A DNA stretch of 63,750 nt, filler included, from Squatina squatina (lineage: Eukaryota), in assembly GCA_031763465.1 (NCBI GenBank). It is 4 parts of 4 records of this genome, joined end to end, with 100 filler letters (N's around TTAATTAATTAA, not from the genome) between each part and the next. Parts side by side here need not be neighbours in the genome. Positions count along the whole stretch, not along the records: positions 1 to 16,118 come from JARFOE010000189.1; positions 16,219 to 33,831 come from JARFOE010000073.1; 2 more parts are not named here. One strand, 5' to 3'. A program made the position numbers and the translations under genes. Shown here piece after piece: positions 10,532-24,063 of this stretch. The notes beneath the pieces were generated by a model. That model searched no databases and was not told the origin of the DNA. It saw nothing but the letters and a program-made list of their open reading frames with translations. How positions within the stretch are numbered: the stretch's first letter is position 1; the number at the start of each line of letters is the position of its first letter.

Positions 10532-12519
10532 NNNNNNNNNNNNNNNNNNNNNNNNNNNNNNNNNNNNNNNNNNNNNNNNNNNNNNNNNNNNNNNNNNNNN
10601 NNNNNNNNNNNNNNNNNNNNNNNNNNNNNNNACAAAACCTTCAGTAGATAAGAAATGATCAGTATCGTGGATGAAATGTAATTTTTAGCAATTGATCTGG
10701 AACAAACCCTACAACAATCAAGTTCCATGCTATGTTAGCTTGATGATAGTTAATTTTAACTTCCTATCTTGATTAATACTGATCTGAATTCAAACTTTCT
10801 CACTGCAGAATGAGGTATTTCCACTTTCCTTGGAGTGTATCATTCAGACACTTCTAAATAGCTCATCCTGGAATGCTGAGACATGTAGCTTTATTTAGCA
10901 CTGTACATGCAATTGTGCAAAATGTATTATGAAAAGCTGTGAACAAAACTGTANNNNNNNNNNGTTTGAGGAAAAGAAAGACAATTTACCAAGTTATTAA
11001 AGGCAAAGCACAACTCAATCTGCATATTGCAGACAAACTGGGTTTAAACCTGTTGGAACAGCTGGTGTCACGTCGTGGCGTTTTCCATACAACCCCCATT
11101 TTCACTACCAGAATCAAAAATTATATTGTAGAATTATTATTGATCACATTTATGCAAAACTCTTGAATATCCTGTGAATTGAAATAATTTATGGTCTGAG
11201 TTCATGTCCTCTCTGAAAGGCAGAAAGATCGATTTACCATTGCAACATGCCCAAATATTCAGGCATAATAAGGGTTCAGTGGTGCAGTTTAAAATGACAT
11301 GTGTTTAACCTTGACGACTCCAGTTGGATGAAGCAGTAGTTTCTTCTGAAACATATGGTACAGTGCACCTTTCAGTGACCAGATCTGGGGTAGGCCATTA
11401 TCTGACCCCCGTATTCCATATTCTCTGTACTTAGTATTGCTATAATTATGGGAAGTTGCAACCATAAAACTTATTAACATCCTTTCATGAACATATGCTA
11501 AGTTTGTAGAAGTTAAAAGTGAGATGATTGCCATAAAAAGGAACATTATTTTCAACTTAATTAGCTTTGTAAAAACATGACTCAAAAATGATTAGCCTTT
11601 CATTATACTCCCCTTAAGTTTCCTGACTTCACATACCTCCCAATGGAGCTGAAAAGATAATAGTGTTCATAATTAAGTTATACCAAGATTCAAATCTCAA
11701 TGAGAGCCAAGCTCCTCATTGTGCGACCGGCAATTTAACAGGGGAAAGGTAACATGGCTGTATGTATCTTATATTGAGCTGTCTGAGCATCTTGTATGCT
11801 TAAATAACCATGTCCCAACTTCCTGTGCACCATTGGCCCTGAAGCTGGCAAAGGTTTGCAGCGAAGTAATATGTTGTACACAATCTTGGACCCAAGCAAT
11901 GCATATCGTGTATGTTTAGATGTCTAACTCCAAACCACCCAGGCACTTAGATCTGTATCCATTATTTGTGTTTGTGTAGATAGGAGCAAAACATCCAAAA
12001 TATACACACATGAACGCACATCATGGATTAAACTCGCAATGGGCTTGTTGGGTGGAGTGACCTGTTATTCAGTCCATCAGAAAAAGCACAGAGCACAGAG
12101 TACCTCAGTTTATATTGTCATTTTCAAGTCATGGGATCCTGTTGGACAGCGTTTTTTTTTAACCAGGCAATTTGAGTTAATGCATTAGTTTGTTTGATGT
12201 ATGTGTGTGTACTTGAGGGTACATATGGGAATGCTTAGTTCCAGTAATTAAGAGGTGACTTTCACACATTCTTCCTTGCATGTTGCCCATTGAACAGTTT
12301 AATTAAAAGGGAACAAAAGTCTAAAGCAGTACTCTTCCCCGCTGTTTATTTTTTTAAATATATATTATAACCAGTTTTTTTAAAAAAAGAAATTCAAATT
12401 TCTTGTCCAGAGAGACTATTCACGTTGGGACTCCATCTCCAGGCTGCTCCCAGAATGTCACTGACCAGAAGACTTAGTCCCTTGCCTGGGTTGAATTAGC
12501 TGCTGCCATCTGTCGGAAA

Positions 12520-12760
12520 CACTGCGATTAGCCTTAGCACCCTTGAACTGAGGGAGAAAAGGGGTGGAGATGGGCCAGGCTCCTGATCACTGTCCAGTGA
12601 GTCCCTATTTCAAAGTGCGTGTGTGCGCGCTTGTGTATACACGAGAACCAGATCGGATTCATCGTTGCTACCCTTCACGGTGGACTGGCCTCATGGCTGC
12701 CCCTTTCTAGGCTCACGTGGGAAGATTGGCCATTTAGTGGGCGGTACCAGAGGAACCATA
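12520..12760 (+). mobile_element. Old dispersed SINE-like element, copy 1
   Basis: Shares gctcctgatc..tccagtga...ctaggctcac..gaaga.tggcca...ggtac with 23490-23660(+), 54800-55030(-), 57373-57544(+) and 59255-59420(-). Confidence 0.55.
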
Positions 12761-13589
12761 TCCCAAATGCGCCACGGCTTGAGAGAGCAGGGGAGAATCC
12801 GTGCTGGCCCCCACCACAGGATTTTAAAACCGACGAGTTTGTTTTGTTGGTTTTCTTTTGGTAAATGGTTCTCACATGTATAGATTGTGACATGAAGGGA
12901 TGCCATGGCTCTGAAGATAAATGAATATTTATAGAAAAGACGCCAAGAAATGATTCGGTTCACATGTGCAAGACACAAACAAATTCTTTGAATAATTAAC
13001 ACACATAGCTGGCAAGCGCGCTGAAAGGAAAGAGTGCCCGAGTCAGCTTTTGATATGCTAAGTGATTCTTTTTCTATTACAAATATACAATACCTTCCTT
13101 GCAGGGTTGGCAAGGATATTGCATCCATATTGCAGAGCCTGTTCTGGCTTTTCTCTACATTTACTACATTCCCCTTACAAGGCCCAGTAGTCTGTCTGTC
13201 TGTAGAGATCCGACTCCAGGTGTGTCTCCACACTTCTTCCAGGGTATAATTGCCGCCCTGTCCCTGGTGACCGACGTTATACAGAGTAGACAAGGAGGGA
13301 CTGGATAGTCCACTGTCCAGTTTAATCCCGACACCCTGATTTGTCCTCTATTGTTTTAATTACCTAGTCGAGCAGGTGAATTGTTTGCTGATTGCTGTTT
13401 TTCGTAGATGGAACATGTTAAGAATCAAGGTCACGAATCACCCTCAATCAAGTAACGATGGATCCGAGAATTTCTAACTGCTGAGATGCTGTGAACAGTG
13501 GCTGTCCGAAGAGATTCAGGAATCCATGCAGACAGAGCATTACAATGTAGTGGTCAGGTGCAAATAACAAATCAAACAATCCAGTAAAA

Positions 13590-14065
13590 TATTAGCCTTT
13601 TTATCTCGCGGGTAGAATATAAAAGGGAGGACGTTTTGCCACAGCCAGACAAACCATGGTTTGTCCACATCTGGAGTAATGTGAACAGTTCTGGGCTCCG
13701 CAACTTACAAAGGAGATGCTGTACTAGGAAGTCGCGCGGCGCAGATTCACCAGAATTTAACCCCAAGGGTTAAATTAGGAGGAGAGATTATACATACTGG
13801 ACTAGTATTTCCTGCAACATATGTGGTAAGATTGAATTGCTTGAGGTTGTTAGGATTGTAGAACTGTCTCACACAAAGCAATACATGCCAGCTGAATTCA
13901 CGATTCAAATCTGAGATCGATAGATTTTTGCAGCCAAGCCTATTATGGGGCAGGGAGCCACGGCGCGAAAATGGAGTTGGGACACAGATCAGCCATGATC
14001 TCATTGAAGGGCGGAACAGGCTGATGGGGCTGAACTGCCTATTCCTGTCCGTATGTTCCTATGTT
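13590..14065 (+). mobile_element. CR1-type LINE 3' fragment (decayed)
   Basis: Remnants of CR1 ORF2 C-terminal codons and the tail gatggggctgaactgcctattcctgtccgtatgttcctatgtt. Confidence 0.65.
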
Positions 14066-14904
14066 TCCTCCTATACACTCCCCTCAACTCCACTCATCTC
14101 TGCTCCCACACTTCCCTCGCACTATCCCCGTCTGATTTTATCTGCGATAGCGACTAGTTTATTGAACGTAAATTTGAGTGTGCACTACATTAAATATCTT
14201 CTCTCGCCACACTTCTTAATTTCCTGTGCTTTATATTTCAGTGCCATTATGCATCTGGCAGGCGATCCTGAGTAACAGCCCACTGGGTTTAGAGTATCTA
14301 TATATTTTAGAGAACCGACCAGACGAGTTGTTTGTATTTTGTCTACTTGGCACGGGATAAATTCCCGGCATTATTTCTGTCTTCTCTCACAAAATGGACT
14401 GAACCTGTCCGGAAAGAACGGGAGTCGTCATTTAGGGACAGATCGCTCACGTAAGATTTAACATATTACAGTGAGATTCCCATAACCACTTCCTTATTTA
14501 ATCTCACACTTCCACAAGCACATGGCCCGAATTACCCAGAATGATTTCGGCTGCTGCAGAATCAGACCGAGTTTATCCCTCAGTGATGAGGTTCAGTTAA
14601 TCCCGGACAAACCTTGCACTGCCAGATCCAGACCGCTCCCTTTGATAACCGGGACCCAGTACGTTCACTGTGATAATGGCTATGATCTAATTTCACAGAC
14701 TGAAGCCCGAATAACTGCTGCTAACGCTGAATGTGCCCTCTTTCTTTCGGAATGAATCACGGTAATAGACCTGAAATGTTAACTCCATTTGTTTCAAATT
14801 CTGTTTGTTTCTCCGTGGATATTCCCTGACCAGCTGAGTGTTTCAAGAATTTTCGGGTTTTATTTCTGATTTCCAAAGTTCTTGGTTTGCTTTAGAGCAC
14901 GATT

Positions 14905-15383
14905 CATAGAAACATAGAAAATAGGAGCAGGAGTTGGCCATTCGGCCCTTCGAGCCTGCTCTGCCATTCAATGTGATCATGGCTGATCATCCAAATTCAG
15001 TATCCTCTCTCAACTTTTTCGCCATAATCCTTGATCTCTTTGGCTGTAATTACTATATCTAGCTGCTTTTTGAATACATTTAATGATTTGACCTCTACTG
15101 ATTTCTGTGGTAGAGAATTCTACAGGTTGACCACTCTCAGCGTGAAGAAATTTGTCTTCATCTCAGTCCGAAATAGCTTACCTTATAGCCTTCGACTGTG
15201 ATCCCTGGTTCTGGACTTCCTCACCATTGGGAACATCCTTCCTGCATCTAATCTGTCCAGTCCCATCAGAATTTTCTAAATTTCAATGAGATCCCCTCTC
15301 ATTTTTCTAAACTCTGGCGAATATAAGCCTAATCATCTTAATCTCTCTTCATACGTCAGTCCTGCCATCCGAGGAATCAGTCT
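14905..15383 (-). mobile_element. CR1-type LINE 3' end with octamer tail
   Basis: Begins catagaaacatagaaaataggagcaggagttggccattcggccc (reverse of the CR1 tail). Similar to 1606-2033. Confidence 0.85.
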
Positions 15384-16162
15384 NNNNNNNNNNNNNNNNN
15401 NNNNNNNNNNNNNNNNNNNNNNNNNNNNNNNNNNNNNNNNNNNNNNNNNNNNNNNNNNNNNNNNNNNNNNNNNNNNNNNNNNNATTTGTGGAATTAGCTC
15501 AACATCTGAAAAAGGGCATGTTTAACACATTGAGCTTAGGGATGTGACCTAACTGCTCGCTGACCTGTGTTTTGATAACCTCAGCAGTTTTTGCATGTTC
15601 AGCATGTTGTTGGGAACCTTATACACAGAGTCACATTAAACAGATGGAGCTTTCAGAATATAAACACGCTTTCTATCCTGTCACATCTGGAAAAATGATT
15701 CTCTGCAAATATTCCCTCCTCAGCGTTATCAGTTGGGATAACTGTTATTCTGCAGAAATGTATTTGATATTGACGCAGTCATCCTCTTCTGTTAACCCAT
15801 TCACTACTGCAGTGCCTGTTGTGCTCGCTGACTCACATTGATGAAACATTTACCCACTGGTTTCCAAGGACTGAAGCAGCGGAGGGTAAGCTGATTTCAA
15901 ATAAAAGTTACGGTGGAGGCTAGCCTCCACCTTCTTAACAAGAGGAGGAATACCTCACACCTGCTTGACTCTATTGGTCGGACCCTCACCTCTGGGTCAG
16001 AAAGTCTGTTCTCAAACCCCATGCCAACACTTGGCCTGGTGGCCTCGGCTGATACTCGAGTGCAGCACTGAGGGAGGCATTGTCTTCTGATTGCGGTGTT
16101 GAATCCAGGCTCCGTTTGNNNNNNNNNNNNNNNNNNNNNNNNNNNNNNNNNNNNNNNNNNNN

Positions 16163-16174
16163 TTAATTAATTAA
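16163..16174. other. Artificial scaffold-joining linker TTAATTAATTAA inside a 100-nt gap (44N+12+44N)
   Basis: Palindromic, has stops in all six frames, and sits exactly centred in the N run. Confidence 0.95.
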
Positions 16175-16218
16175 NNNNNNNNNNNNNNNNNNNNNNNNNN
16201 NNNNNNNNNNNNNNNNNN

Positions 16219-16364
<146 letters not shown>

Positions 16365-17803
16365 TGAAAGGTATTTTGACAGAGGATAGCTTCATTTGAT
16401 TTTTGTACTGAACAATCAACGGTGTGGTAAAGGTGAATAACTAAGGATAGCATGATATTTTTACTTAATGTCTAGCTGATATCCTGTGGCATTGCACATC
16501 GGGAGTCAAGACCAAATGTAATCTTCAGGTGATGCAGGGTTTGAGGGCAGGGAATTCAGGCTCCATTTTAAAGTCGTGCATTCTGTCTTTATTTTTTATA
16601 TAATTTAGTCTTATACTGCCATTTATAGTTAAATGGAAAAACTTGCGGCAATTTGGGAAGTAGAGCTGATTGGAGCATAGGAGCTGTTTTATAATGCACA
16701 AGAGCTGGGAGATACAAAACTGAAGGTGGTATGCTGGCGGGAGGGTGTCGTTGCAACGTGACCAGTATCCATTATAAATGTGGACATTGGAATTTGGAGT
16801 AGGAAAAGTTGACAACAGGAAGTACGTGCAGGCATAAGATTTTCAATATAGATGTTGCATCACTGGGCAGCTTCCACAGCTGCAATTTTCCAGTGATGTA
16901 TACCTTGTATTTATTGTGGCAGAGTCCATAACCTATCCATTCCACAGTGGAAATGCATAGTGGGAATGGAAAGGAAATAATAAAATGGTGATTTGGGATT
17001 TCAGTCTTTAATTGAGATTAGATTTTCTTTTTTCAAAATTATCTTGAGGATTTCCTTGGGGTGGGGCGATAGTCCAGACATTCACATTGCCGTCTTATCA
17101 ATATTGAGTCTCTCTGAGGACAGTACATTCATCGGCATATGGTAAATCAATCAGATTTTGAGATGCTGGTTGTATAATTGTGTTTCTAGAGAAAGGGGAG
17201 GCCCAATGAAACAATCCCTGGCTGTAAGACTACCCTGAGCCAGCAACGTGCTAATGATCTCAGAGGTTAGGGGAAGGACTAAACTGGAAGGCAAGTGGCT
17301 CCTTATAGGGAGGGGAGGAAAGTTGGATTCACCCTGTGCCCTTTCTGCACACTAGCTTTTTGTGTGCTCAATTATCCATTGCCAGAGGCCTTAGACCAGG
17401 TTGTTTGTCTGCCATCTCACTTGGGCTGGTTCAGGGTGATCTAAAAGGAGAGCAAATCATTTTTCAGATCAGCAACAAAAGTGTTCGATTACCCACTGGA
17501 TACTTACCAATTCTTTGCATATGTAATAGTTTATGAAGCAGTGTAAAGTTAGCAGTAGCATTTAATTCAGTTTCGAATTATGGAAGCCATTCGGCCCATT
17601 GTGCCTGCTTTGTGAAAGAGCTATCTAATTAGTCCCACTCCCCTGCTGATTCAACAGCAACTTGCACCCATATAATGCCTTTAAGGAAAGTATCTGCTTG
17701 AATTATTTCTAGGCTATACTGGTGCAGTCCCCTGGGTGTTATACGGTGTACTGAACATTCTGAATTCTCAGCTGTTTTGCAACTGTCTTTGTTGTAACTC
17801 TAG

Positions 17804-17939
17804 GTGCAGTCAGCAGCTCTCGATGAAATGTTCCAGCAAACCGAGGACATCACATACCGGTACCACAAAGCAGCATTACTGCTGGAAGGCTTGACAAAGA
17901 CTCTGCAAGATCCCGCTGATATTGACAACATCCACAAAT
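17804..17939 (+). CDS. ULK2: ULK2 penultimate coding exon
   Basis: tag|[45 protein letters not shown] t|gtaag, matching ULK2 MIT-like C-terminal domain. Confidence 0.93.
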
Positions 17940-18289
17940 GTAAGGGTAAAAGGAAAACACAAATGGTGGAGCTAAGAACAAAAAAACAAATCCTGATAAA
18001 CGCAAATGCTGGACCTTTGGAAAGGCCGCTCCTGAAATATACTGTCCATCACTGTTCCATGCTGTATATTTACAGTATTTTCTGTTTTAATCACAAATGA
18101 AAGCTTCCATTTAGAAAGCTAAACAATGGCCTATGACGGTGGCTCAGCAGGGTTAGGCAATGAACAGCTGAACCATGCAAGCAAGGCTAGATCTCCAAGT
18201 TATCCTGGCCAGGGCGACAATACAGACATTATGATTGATTGTCCTCAGCAGTTTTAGCATGGTGGAATGGTTGCAATGGTAAAGTAGGC

Positions 18290-19033
18290 CTGCTGTGCGC
18301 CTCCCGTTAGCGCCTCTGGGTAGGGTGCTGATGAGGCGCGCATGTGTTTTCGTCCGGGGTGGGGTGTGGTGGTGCTGCGTGCTACCGGCTCCCGCGAAAT
18401 TGCACAGGAGTTAGCAGAGGTGCAAAACAGGTAGAGCCCCAGGCCGCTGCGCCTCTGCCGATGACGTCATCGCCGTACGCAGCGACCCGTTTTCGGCCCG
18501 CAGTGGAAATTGGGTAGCACCCTGTGGTCGATGTCAGCGCCAAACTCACGGGTTGCGGAGCAGCCTGCACTCCACTCATGGGACGAAAGTTAAAGGGGAG
18601 GTGTGCGGCACCATTTTTAATTTAATTGGCTGACTCACCGGTCCGGCCTCCGTGAGTTTTTTCGCGGGGTCCATGCTGCGATGGTGCAGCCCAGCACTCT
18701 GCTTCAGTGCCGCCGGACTGTAGCCACCGCACCCCGCATCCCGGGCAGCCTAGTAGAGGCCCCTCACAACCCCTGCCAAGCTCGCAGCATGCCCTCCCCT
18801 TTAACGGAAGGGATGCATGTGACCATGTCAGTGCTATGTGGAGAGGCCGCGTAGCACTTCAACTTTCGTGTGCTTAGCGCCCAAGACCTGCCCCTGAGAG
18901 GAAGTGTAGCGCCTGACATTGTGCTCCACTTCCTCTTGGAGCCGTACCCTGAATTTAGGTCACGGGGCGGAACTTCCGCGCCAGGCGCAGGAAGTCCCGC
19001 CTCGCGAAGGTTACTGCCCCCAAATGGGGTAAT
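18290..19033 (+). mobile_element. GC-rich non-autonomous DNA transposon-like element, copy A (3' end cut by gap)
   Basis: Collinear similarity with 19236-19854 (gctcccgcgaaattgc, gatga.gtcatcgccgt, aaggttactgcccccaaa.gggg.aat). Confidence 0.75.
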
Positions 19034-19235
19034 NNNNNNNNNNNNNNNNNNNNNNNNNNNNNNNNNNNNNNNNNNNNNNNNNNNNNNNNNNNNNNNNNNN
19101 NNNNNNNNNNNNNNNNNNNNNNNNNNNNNNNNNCAAGTCCACTAACAGACATTAATTTAATCATATGCAAGTTTTTGCAATATCACAAAAACTAAAGGAG
19201 TGATTTGCTGCAAAAAATTAACTTTTTGTTACTTA

Positions 19236-19854
19236 GGGGAGAAATTTGCATGGTTTGCAACTGCCGTTAGTCCCACTGGGGGTTGCTTAAGAGGTTCAAA
19301 CCATTTCTCGGGGCGGGAGGTGATGGGGGGCGCTACCAGCTCCCGCGAAATTGCGCATAACTGGTAGCGCCCCGGGCCACTGTGCCCCCAGCAATGATGT
19401 CATCGCCGTCCACAGTGCCCCGTTTTTGCCCTGCCATTTTGATTTTTCGTCCTTCCGTGATATTTTTCACGGGGCCCGTGCCACGATGATGCAGCCCAGC
19501 ACTCTCCTTCTGTGATGGGCTGCGGCCACGGCAACCCGCATCCCTGCTGTCGTAGTGGAGGCCCCTCAGAACTACTGCCGAGCTCGCAGCCTGCCATCCC
19601 CTTAAACGGAAGAGGAGGGCCTTATGATCATGTTAGCGCTACGCGGAGAGGCCGCATAGCGCTCCGAAATTCCTGAGGTTAGCGTCCCAGACCCACCCCC
19701 GAGAGGAAGTGGAGCACCCGACTTTGCTCTCCATTTCCTCTCGGGGGCGGTATCCCGAACTTAGGTTGCGGGCCGGGACTTCTGTGCCGAGTGCAGAAAG
19801 TCTCGCCTCACAAAGGTTACTGCCCCCAAACGGGGCAATGCACAATTTCACCCC
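19236..19854 (+). mobile_element. GC-rich non-autonomous DNA transposon-like element, copy B, with imperfect TIRs
   Basis: Left end ggggagaaatttgcat. Right end atgcacaatttcacccc, whose reverse complement is ggggtgaaattgtgcat. Confidence 0.75.
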
Positions 19855-20240
19855 CTCCATCTTTTCCCACGTTGGAAGCCTCTTCAAAACCTATCTTCTT
19901 GACCAAACTTTCAGTCATCTCTCCAAGATGTTCCACAAGGGAGTAATGAATACTGAACAATATGGAGTTAGGGGAGTTCACATTTGTAACAGACTCCCAC
20001 AACTCCTTACGATAGACTTTATAAGTGTGGTGTGGGCAGTTGCACTTGAAAAGCCATCGAGCTGCCTGCGCATGAGGCCCAGAGGGCCACGCAGCTTAAA
20101 AGGAGACATTGGTGGACAGTGTTATTGATCATGCCATGAGAAATGAAGGTCAATTCTACCTGGCTTGGAGTTACCTGTACAGGCAGACAAGCTGACATTT
20201 TAATTTTTCAAAAATAAACACATTTTTACTTGTTTTGCAG

Positions 20241-20308
20241 ACAAGACCAGCATTGAACGCAGACTCTCTGCACTGTGCCATGGCGCGGTGGCTCTATATG
20301 AAAACTAG
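20241..20308 (+). CDS. ULK2: ULK2 last coding exon
   Basis: ttttgcag|AC AAG ACC AGC...AAC TAG gives (Y)KTSIERRLSALCHGAVALYEN* versus human YKCSIERRLSALCHSTATV*. Confidence 0.9.
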
Positions 20309-22830
20309 CCTTCTGAAATGGACCACTTGCAGCAGAGCAGGGACCACCACCTCTCCTGGATCAAGTCCCAGAGTCTTGGAGTTGCCTTTTCTCTCTCTTT
20401 GTGGTTTTTTTTTTCTCTTTAATTTGGAAAACCGTTCGTACTGGGTTTATTTGCTTTTCACAGCCTACGCCAACCCACAAAGTGAAGAACGATTGACCTT
20501 TTTCTGAAGAGTTACCAAAGAGGAGTTCTTATTTCAAAAGAAAAGAAATTTATGTATAAATATAGATTAATACTTCTGGAAAACCCTCTCCATGATGTAG
20601 CATATTCTTTCATTTCAGTTTATCTCAGAGGTAAAGTCTGGGGCAGAGTCACTGTTTTTGGCTTCCAAAGCTGCTTATCACTGGAGTACGTTAACACAGC
20701 CTGTCCTCTATTTTTGCCACAGAACTCATTGGGTGCTTAGAAACCTACGTTCAGGAAAAAAAGAGGGTTACAGAGGAACTTTGTGACCCATCTGATTAAT
20801 TTGTTGTGTATATATAGTACTGTGGCAAATTGACAAGTCGTCTTTCTGCCAGTGGAACTTTAACCTTTTTTTAAGAAAAAAAGACACTAACGGTGTGATA
20901 AGTGAACAACAGTTATTTACGGCAGTTTTAAGTTTTACCAGGATCCTTGTATAGCCAGTTAAAGGCACGCATTGCCTTGTATCTTCGGATGCTACATCAC
21001 ATACATATCAAAACCACAGAAACTGATCATCAAGGAAGAGATAAGCACTTTATGTGGATCGGAAGTTGACAACAGGGTGAGAGGGAATGGCCACAGCAGC
21101 CCACCTTTGTGACCTTGTAAACCAGAAAGGAAACTGGGCATCACTTTGGATGGATAAAGAGAGGGGATTTTATTTTTATTTTAGCTCCCGGGACAGGAGC
21201 TGTTGAAACTGCAAAGACTTTGCTCCAACAGGCGACCACTTCTGATTGCACTACTACAATTCTTTGAACATCTTTGATAACAGTAACGTTATGCAGAACT
21301 CCTTGTAAAACGGAGCACCTTAAAAGCTGCATTGAAGAAATAGGAAAAAGAAAACTGTCCTAGTAGGTTAAGCTCCGATGCATTCAATAAAAGATGTTTT
21401 CAAGTCTGTTTTGGAGCAAGAAGCACAGAGTGCTTGACACTTCAACTCAAAAAGACTGCAAAAAAAGCCTGTATTAATTACAAGCCTTTCCATTTTTTTA
21501 CTTATTAAATACTTGAGTAGTTCATATAGAGCAAACTGTCTGTATATAATGAAACTAGTATTTTTTTTCTCTTTTTGCCAGTGATTGCTGACTTTTAAAT
21601 AATATTTTTGGGCTGGCTTTATGTTGTGCATGTGATAAGTGTGACTGTGCCACTGGGCCTGATAATATTGCTAACGATGCTGTTTGTTCAGACAGTATTA
21701 TGGAGATAAGCGTTTTTCCTGTAGATTGAGAACCTGTTGTGCAGACTAATGTAACATTTAGTATTTTCAGGGGTGGAAAAAAAAACTATCAGGACTCTGG
21801 GAACCAGGTCACAAAAAAGGTTTGGACTGTTTTGAAGCCCAGGTTTGGCTTCTGGAGGGCAATATTGTCACTGGCGTATAAACTGAAGAATTCAAGGTAC
21901 AGTTCCAATCCTGTGTGTGAGATATAAACCAAGTGAACAAGCACAATTGTCCATTTTTGTATTGTGTGTGTGATTACATTGAATTGTTCAGGTTCAAAAG
22001 ATGGACATCCTGCAGCCTGGTGGATGATTGGAACTAAACTGATGCTAATGGTGGCACTTGTGAAAGAGTACTTGATTGGAAATTTTATTTTTGTAATTTT
22101 AAAATTAAAAAAAAAAGGTAACTTGGAAAGAAATATACATTTTAAAGAAAGCTGATGTAATGTGGTACTCTTGGGCTAGGTATCAGCAGTCGCATTCTTC
22201 TCTATTTTTTCATCCCCCACTGTGTCAATTCTTGCCCTTTTCTTCAAAAAAAAAAGAAATCGCACACCTAGTTAGTTTGTACAGCAGACCAGGCCAGAAA
22301 TGGCCTTCGCGACCAGGCTTGTCCCCACACCTGCCCCCGATTCCCTGGGCAGTCTGTTCCAGAGTTGGTAAATATTTTTTTCCACCCTTGAGTATTTTTG
22401 TTTTCCATCTTTTTTGTTACTCAGCTGCTTGAATACTTGAATATTGAACTAAATCCTTCATAACAATCATGTTTAATCTCCCAGAGACAGTGTATTTGAA
22501 ATATTTCCCATGTAGCAATGAATTTGGCTTGTTAATGAGGCGCGTCAACATTTCTCCCTCGCTTTATTTTATGAAAGAAAGCTAATGTGTACTTTTATTT
22601 ATCTGTAAGCGATTCCATTAATTCTGAAGACTTTTTATTTATAAAATATTTGTACTATTAGGTCTTTAATACAGTGTTTCTACCTCTCATTTGTGTATAA
22701 CGGCATGCATACTCTTTATGAAATCAGGTTGCAGACACATTCACTTGTTATGTAGCAGCCTTTTTAATATGGCCTGTATAGATGTACATTAAGAAGCCAG
22801 AAATAAAATTGTCCTGGAATATTAATGGAT
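20309..22830 (+). other. ULK2: ULK2 3' UTR (about 2.5 kb), AATAAA at 22802-22807
   Basis: Gap-free, transposon-free AT-rich sequence after the stop. Canonical poly(A) signal followed by GT/T-rich downstream sequence. The end point is inferred. Confidence 0.65.
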
Positions 22831-24063
22831 TTGTCATTTTGATTTACTGTGTACAATGTGTGATGTCCTGTCTTCATTCTGCAATTTTCTGACTCTTTGC
22901 GTGTCTCTCTCCAGAGTCGGAGGGCGCCTATTCATGTTTGTCTTTTGTGGGTCTGAGTTGTATGAAACCTGAACAGATTGGTGGGAAGAAACAGAGGCTC
23001 GCTGTTTACTGCCCTGCTGCCAAACAACCTTTTATTCTCTCCATTTGGAGAGCACCTGGCCTTCCTTCCACATTTACCCGCAATGCGATTTCTGAAAAAG
23101 GAAGCCACCTGTGTAACAATCACAGCTTCAAACCTGCATTTTTCCATTCAGTGGCACCCTGTTTTTATCTTTTGAAATGTTTCTCCATTTTAGCAGGTGC
23201 TGCTGATATAAATGGCCATTCTTCATGTGAGCCTAGACAATGAATACCAAAAGGATGCTGGAAGTGTACTTGTATGGCAGCAATGTGCAGAGTTCCAGAC
23301 ACAGATCCTTCTCATGTGGGACATGGTGTACAGTGCAAAGGGACTAAAGATGGGAAAGATTTTGAAAATGTATGATTAAAGATTTTTCTAAACCGATATC
23401 TTCACTTCAGGAAGTTCCCAATTCTAATCTTTTTTGTTGTATTAGATGGTTTCAGTCAGTGGACCTTCAGTTGGTCTCGTGTGCTTCTGGGCTAAACAAG
23501 GAGAAAGATCAACTCAGCATCCAGTGACTCTTGCTGAAAAATGTGTGAAGACAGAGAAAGGCTCAGGTGTGGAGGCTGAAAACCTACTGCCACTCACTGT
23601 CTAGGGTTACATGTGAAGAATGGCCATGGGGTGGGTAGTGGCCAGGGGAGGTACTGGATGTCTAGATTCTTACTCAAATCTTATCAGTGGCTTTAGACGA
23701 GAACATTAAGACTGGATGGATGGGGAGGTGAGGGTGGACCGTCATTTAGGACAGAACATTGGAAGACTGGATGAGGGATGGATCATCATTTATCAAGTAT
23801 TCTGCATTTGTGTAGTCCACCTGTATATGCTGAAAGGTGTCTTGTAACAGTTAAAGGCTCTATTGTGTGTTTTATGAAGGGATTAATGTTTAGGGTTTTG
23901 TATGACACTGGGGGTGGGGGAGTTGCAAGAATGTCAGAAGGCAGGAAATCCACAGCAGATTAGNNNNNNNNNNNNNNNNNNNNNNNNNNNNNNNNNNNNN
24001 NNNNNNNNNNNNNNNNNNNNNNNNNNNNNNNNNNNNNNNNNNNNNNNNNNNNNNNNNNNNNNN

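Noticed and set aside
9763-10728. Cys/Val-rich and Thr/Gln/His-rich ORFs resembling keratin-associated or metallothionein-like proteins
   Set aside because: They are translations of the GT-rich minisatellite in several frames, with no splice signals or unique sequence.
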